The position numbers were made by a program, and so were the translations under genes. 64,000 nucleotides of DNA. Source: Ostreococcus lucimarinus. Taxonomy: Eukaryota. How positions within the stretch are numbered: position 1 is the stretch's first letter; each line of letters opens with the position of its first letter. Where the stretch lies: the NCBI GenBank assembly GCA_000092065.1, contig CP000590.1. One strand, given 5' to 3'. Of the stretch, positions 62,930-64,000 are shown piece after piece. A model generated the notes under the pieces. The model saw only the letters and a program-made list of their open reading frames with translations. It did no database searches and was not told the origin of the DNA.

Positions 62930-63931
62930 TCAGAATATTTGCGCGTTTCCTTGGCGAAGATTTTCGTTATCGTCTCGTTCGTAAGCGACCACGTAGCACT
63001 CGCGTTCGAATTCTTGAAGCGAGTTGAAAATGAGCTCATCGCGCGCCACGTAGGAAGTCACGCGCTCGTCGTCGTAAGTCTTCCACGCCTTCGATTTGCG
63101 CTCGCGGATGTGCGCGACGAAGTGCCCGAGCTCAACCGTGTTCCCGTGGTGCGAGATGACGGCGAGCAAGTCGAACGGTCTCGTAGCCGCCACCGATCGC
63201 GTGTTGTGACGCTTCACACCCGGGGTATCGGGCGAACTTTTGGACGCGTTGTTAGCGTGTTCGAGATCCGAATCGTCTCCAGACGATTTGGGGACGACGA
63301 TTTCGGCGGCGGCGGATCCAGCGTGCATCAGCGACATCTTTGAAGGAAGACGAATCGAAGCCGTGAGCTTTTGCAAACGCAACACACCGCGCGCTATCAC
63401 CGCATTGAATCGCTTGAGGTGCAAGAGGAGGAATTTCGGCTCTGAGACGATTTGTCGAGTCGAGATTGCGAACAAGCATCCACACGAACACTTGCGTTCG
63501 AGCTTTTCTGGAATGAAGTACCGATCGAGCAGCGCGTCGACAGACTCGTTCTCGTCGATGATGAGCTGCAACGTCAGCATGTACATCGATTCGTCCATCA
63601 CGCTCCTTTCGCCGCAGCTGACGCACGATAGCGCGTGCTCGATGCGCCACGCGAAGTTTTGTCGACTCGGACAGTGCGCCGCGTCGTCACCCATTTCGCG
63701 CTCGATCGTGTCCAACATTTGCGTCATGAATTCCATTGCGTCGTGTTGATCGAACTCTCCGTACTCGTCCCGCACGCGACCCATTTCGCGCTTCACGCCC
63801 GACGCGCTCAACTCGCTCGCGTCCGATCTGAAAAACTCGCCGAGCGCGGCGAGTAACGGTTTACCGTCCTCGTCTCCAGACACCTCGTGAACCGACTCCA
63901 CGAATCCACGCATGCTTCGCAACAACTGCAA
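62930..63931 (-). CDS. Ubiquitin-specific protease (C19 family), 3' portion only. The Cys-box exon must lie upstream, beyond an intron or the window end.
   Basis: QHDAMEFMTQMLD (QQD box), zinc-ribbon CxxC pairs, His box LLAVISHHGNTVELGHFVAHI...WKTYDDERVT. No Cys box within the ORF. Confidence 0.6.
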   Translation of the reverse strand: MQLLRSMRGFVESVHEVSGDEDGKPLLAALGEFFRSDASELSASGVKREMGRVRDEYGEFDQHDAMEFMTQMLDTIEREMGDDAAHCPSRQNFAWRIEHALSCVSCGERSVMDESMYMLTLQLIIDENESVDALLDRYFIPEKLERKCSCGCLFAISTRQIVSEPKFLLLHLKRFNAVIARGVLRLQKLTASIRLPSKMSLMHAGSAAAEIVVPKSSGDDSDLEHANNASKSSPDTPGVKRHNTRSVAATRPFDLLAVISHHGNTVELGHFVAHIRERKSKAWKTYDDERVTSYVARDELIFNSLQEFERECYVVAYERDDNENLRQGNAQIF

Positions 63932-64000
63932 AGACGCGGCGATGTAGCACGAATTCCCTAAATTTTCAATCCCGCCCGTCTCGCGCGCCGGTCGCCGTCG

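Noticed and set aside
1-64000. Mobile elements, CRISPR arrays, rRNA or tRNA genes
   Set aside because: No long terminal or inverted repeats, no transposase/integrase/reverse-transcriptase-like ORFs, no repeat-spacer arrays, and no cloverleaf-like or rDNA-like sequence recognised by eye. A tRNA could be missed without a scan.

Overview
This window is GC-rich (about 65-70% GC, CpG-rich) nuclear DNA from a compact eukaryotic genome. Gene content, GCG/CGC codon bias, head-to-head and tail-to-tail gene pairs with spacers of only tens to hundreds of bp, and a very stereotyped intron grammar point to a green-lineage picoalga of the Mamiellophyceae (Micromonas-like). That assignment is an inference. 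I support about 45 protein-coding genes and found no rRNA, tRNA, CRISPR array or transposon. The ORF track accepts GTG/TTG as starts, so many ORF 5' ends run through GC-rich non-coding DNA as Arg/Ala-rich pseudo-protein; I trimmed these to the first plausible ATG. The first ~17 kb is a nitrate-assimilation / molybdenum-cofactor gene cluster. It holds a nitrite reductase fused to rubredoxin and cytochrome-b5-reductase domains (5' end cut by the window edge), NAR2 and NRT2 on a shared bidirectional promoter, a MOT1 molybdate transporter, CNX2/MoaA, a small unknown two-exon gene, MOCS3/CNX5, a tail-anchored cytochrome b5, a nitrate reductase that stops after the Mo/dimerisation domains, a small membrane protein and a Ser/Thr kinase. 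The most interesting point is that nitrate reductase has no electron-donor module of its own while nitrite reductase has gained an NAD(P)H/FAD module; nitrate reduction here may need a separately encoded reductase module. The remainder is housekeeping: CCR4-like deadenylase, sulfotransferase, Aurora kinase, PH-RCC1-BRX protein, CAAX protease, cyclophilin, ARF-GEF, an inactive FtsH (FtsHi), PRP17, cathepsin, proteasome alpha-5, DP, a BSL-type kelch phosphatase, DHHC, BROX-like, an ETHE1 fusion, RPB8, HSP90, presenilin, thioredoxin and a partial USP. Every intron I could place shares one grammar: a GTGCG(T/A) donor and an ACTGAC branch site 25-33 nt before the AG. I used that grammar to recover missing 5' exons of NRT2, NAR2, nitrate reductase, HSP90, thioredoxin, presenilin and a small unknown gene.
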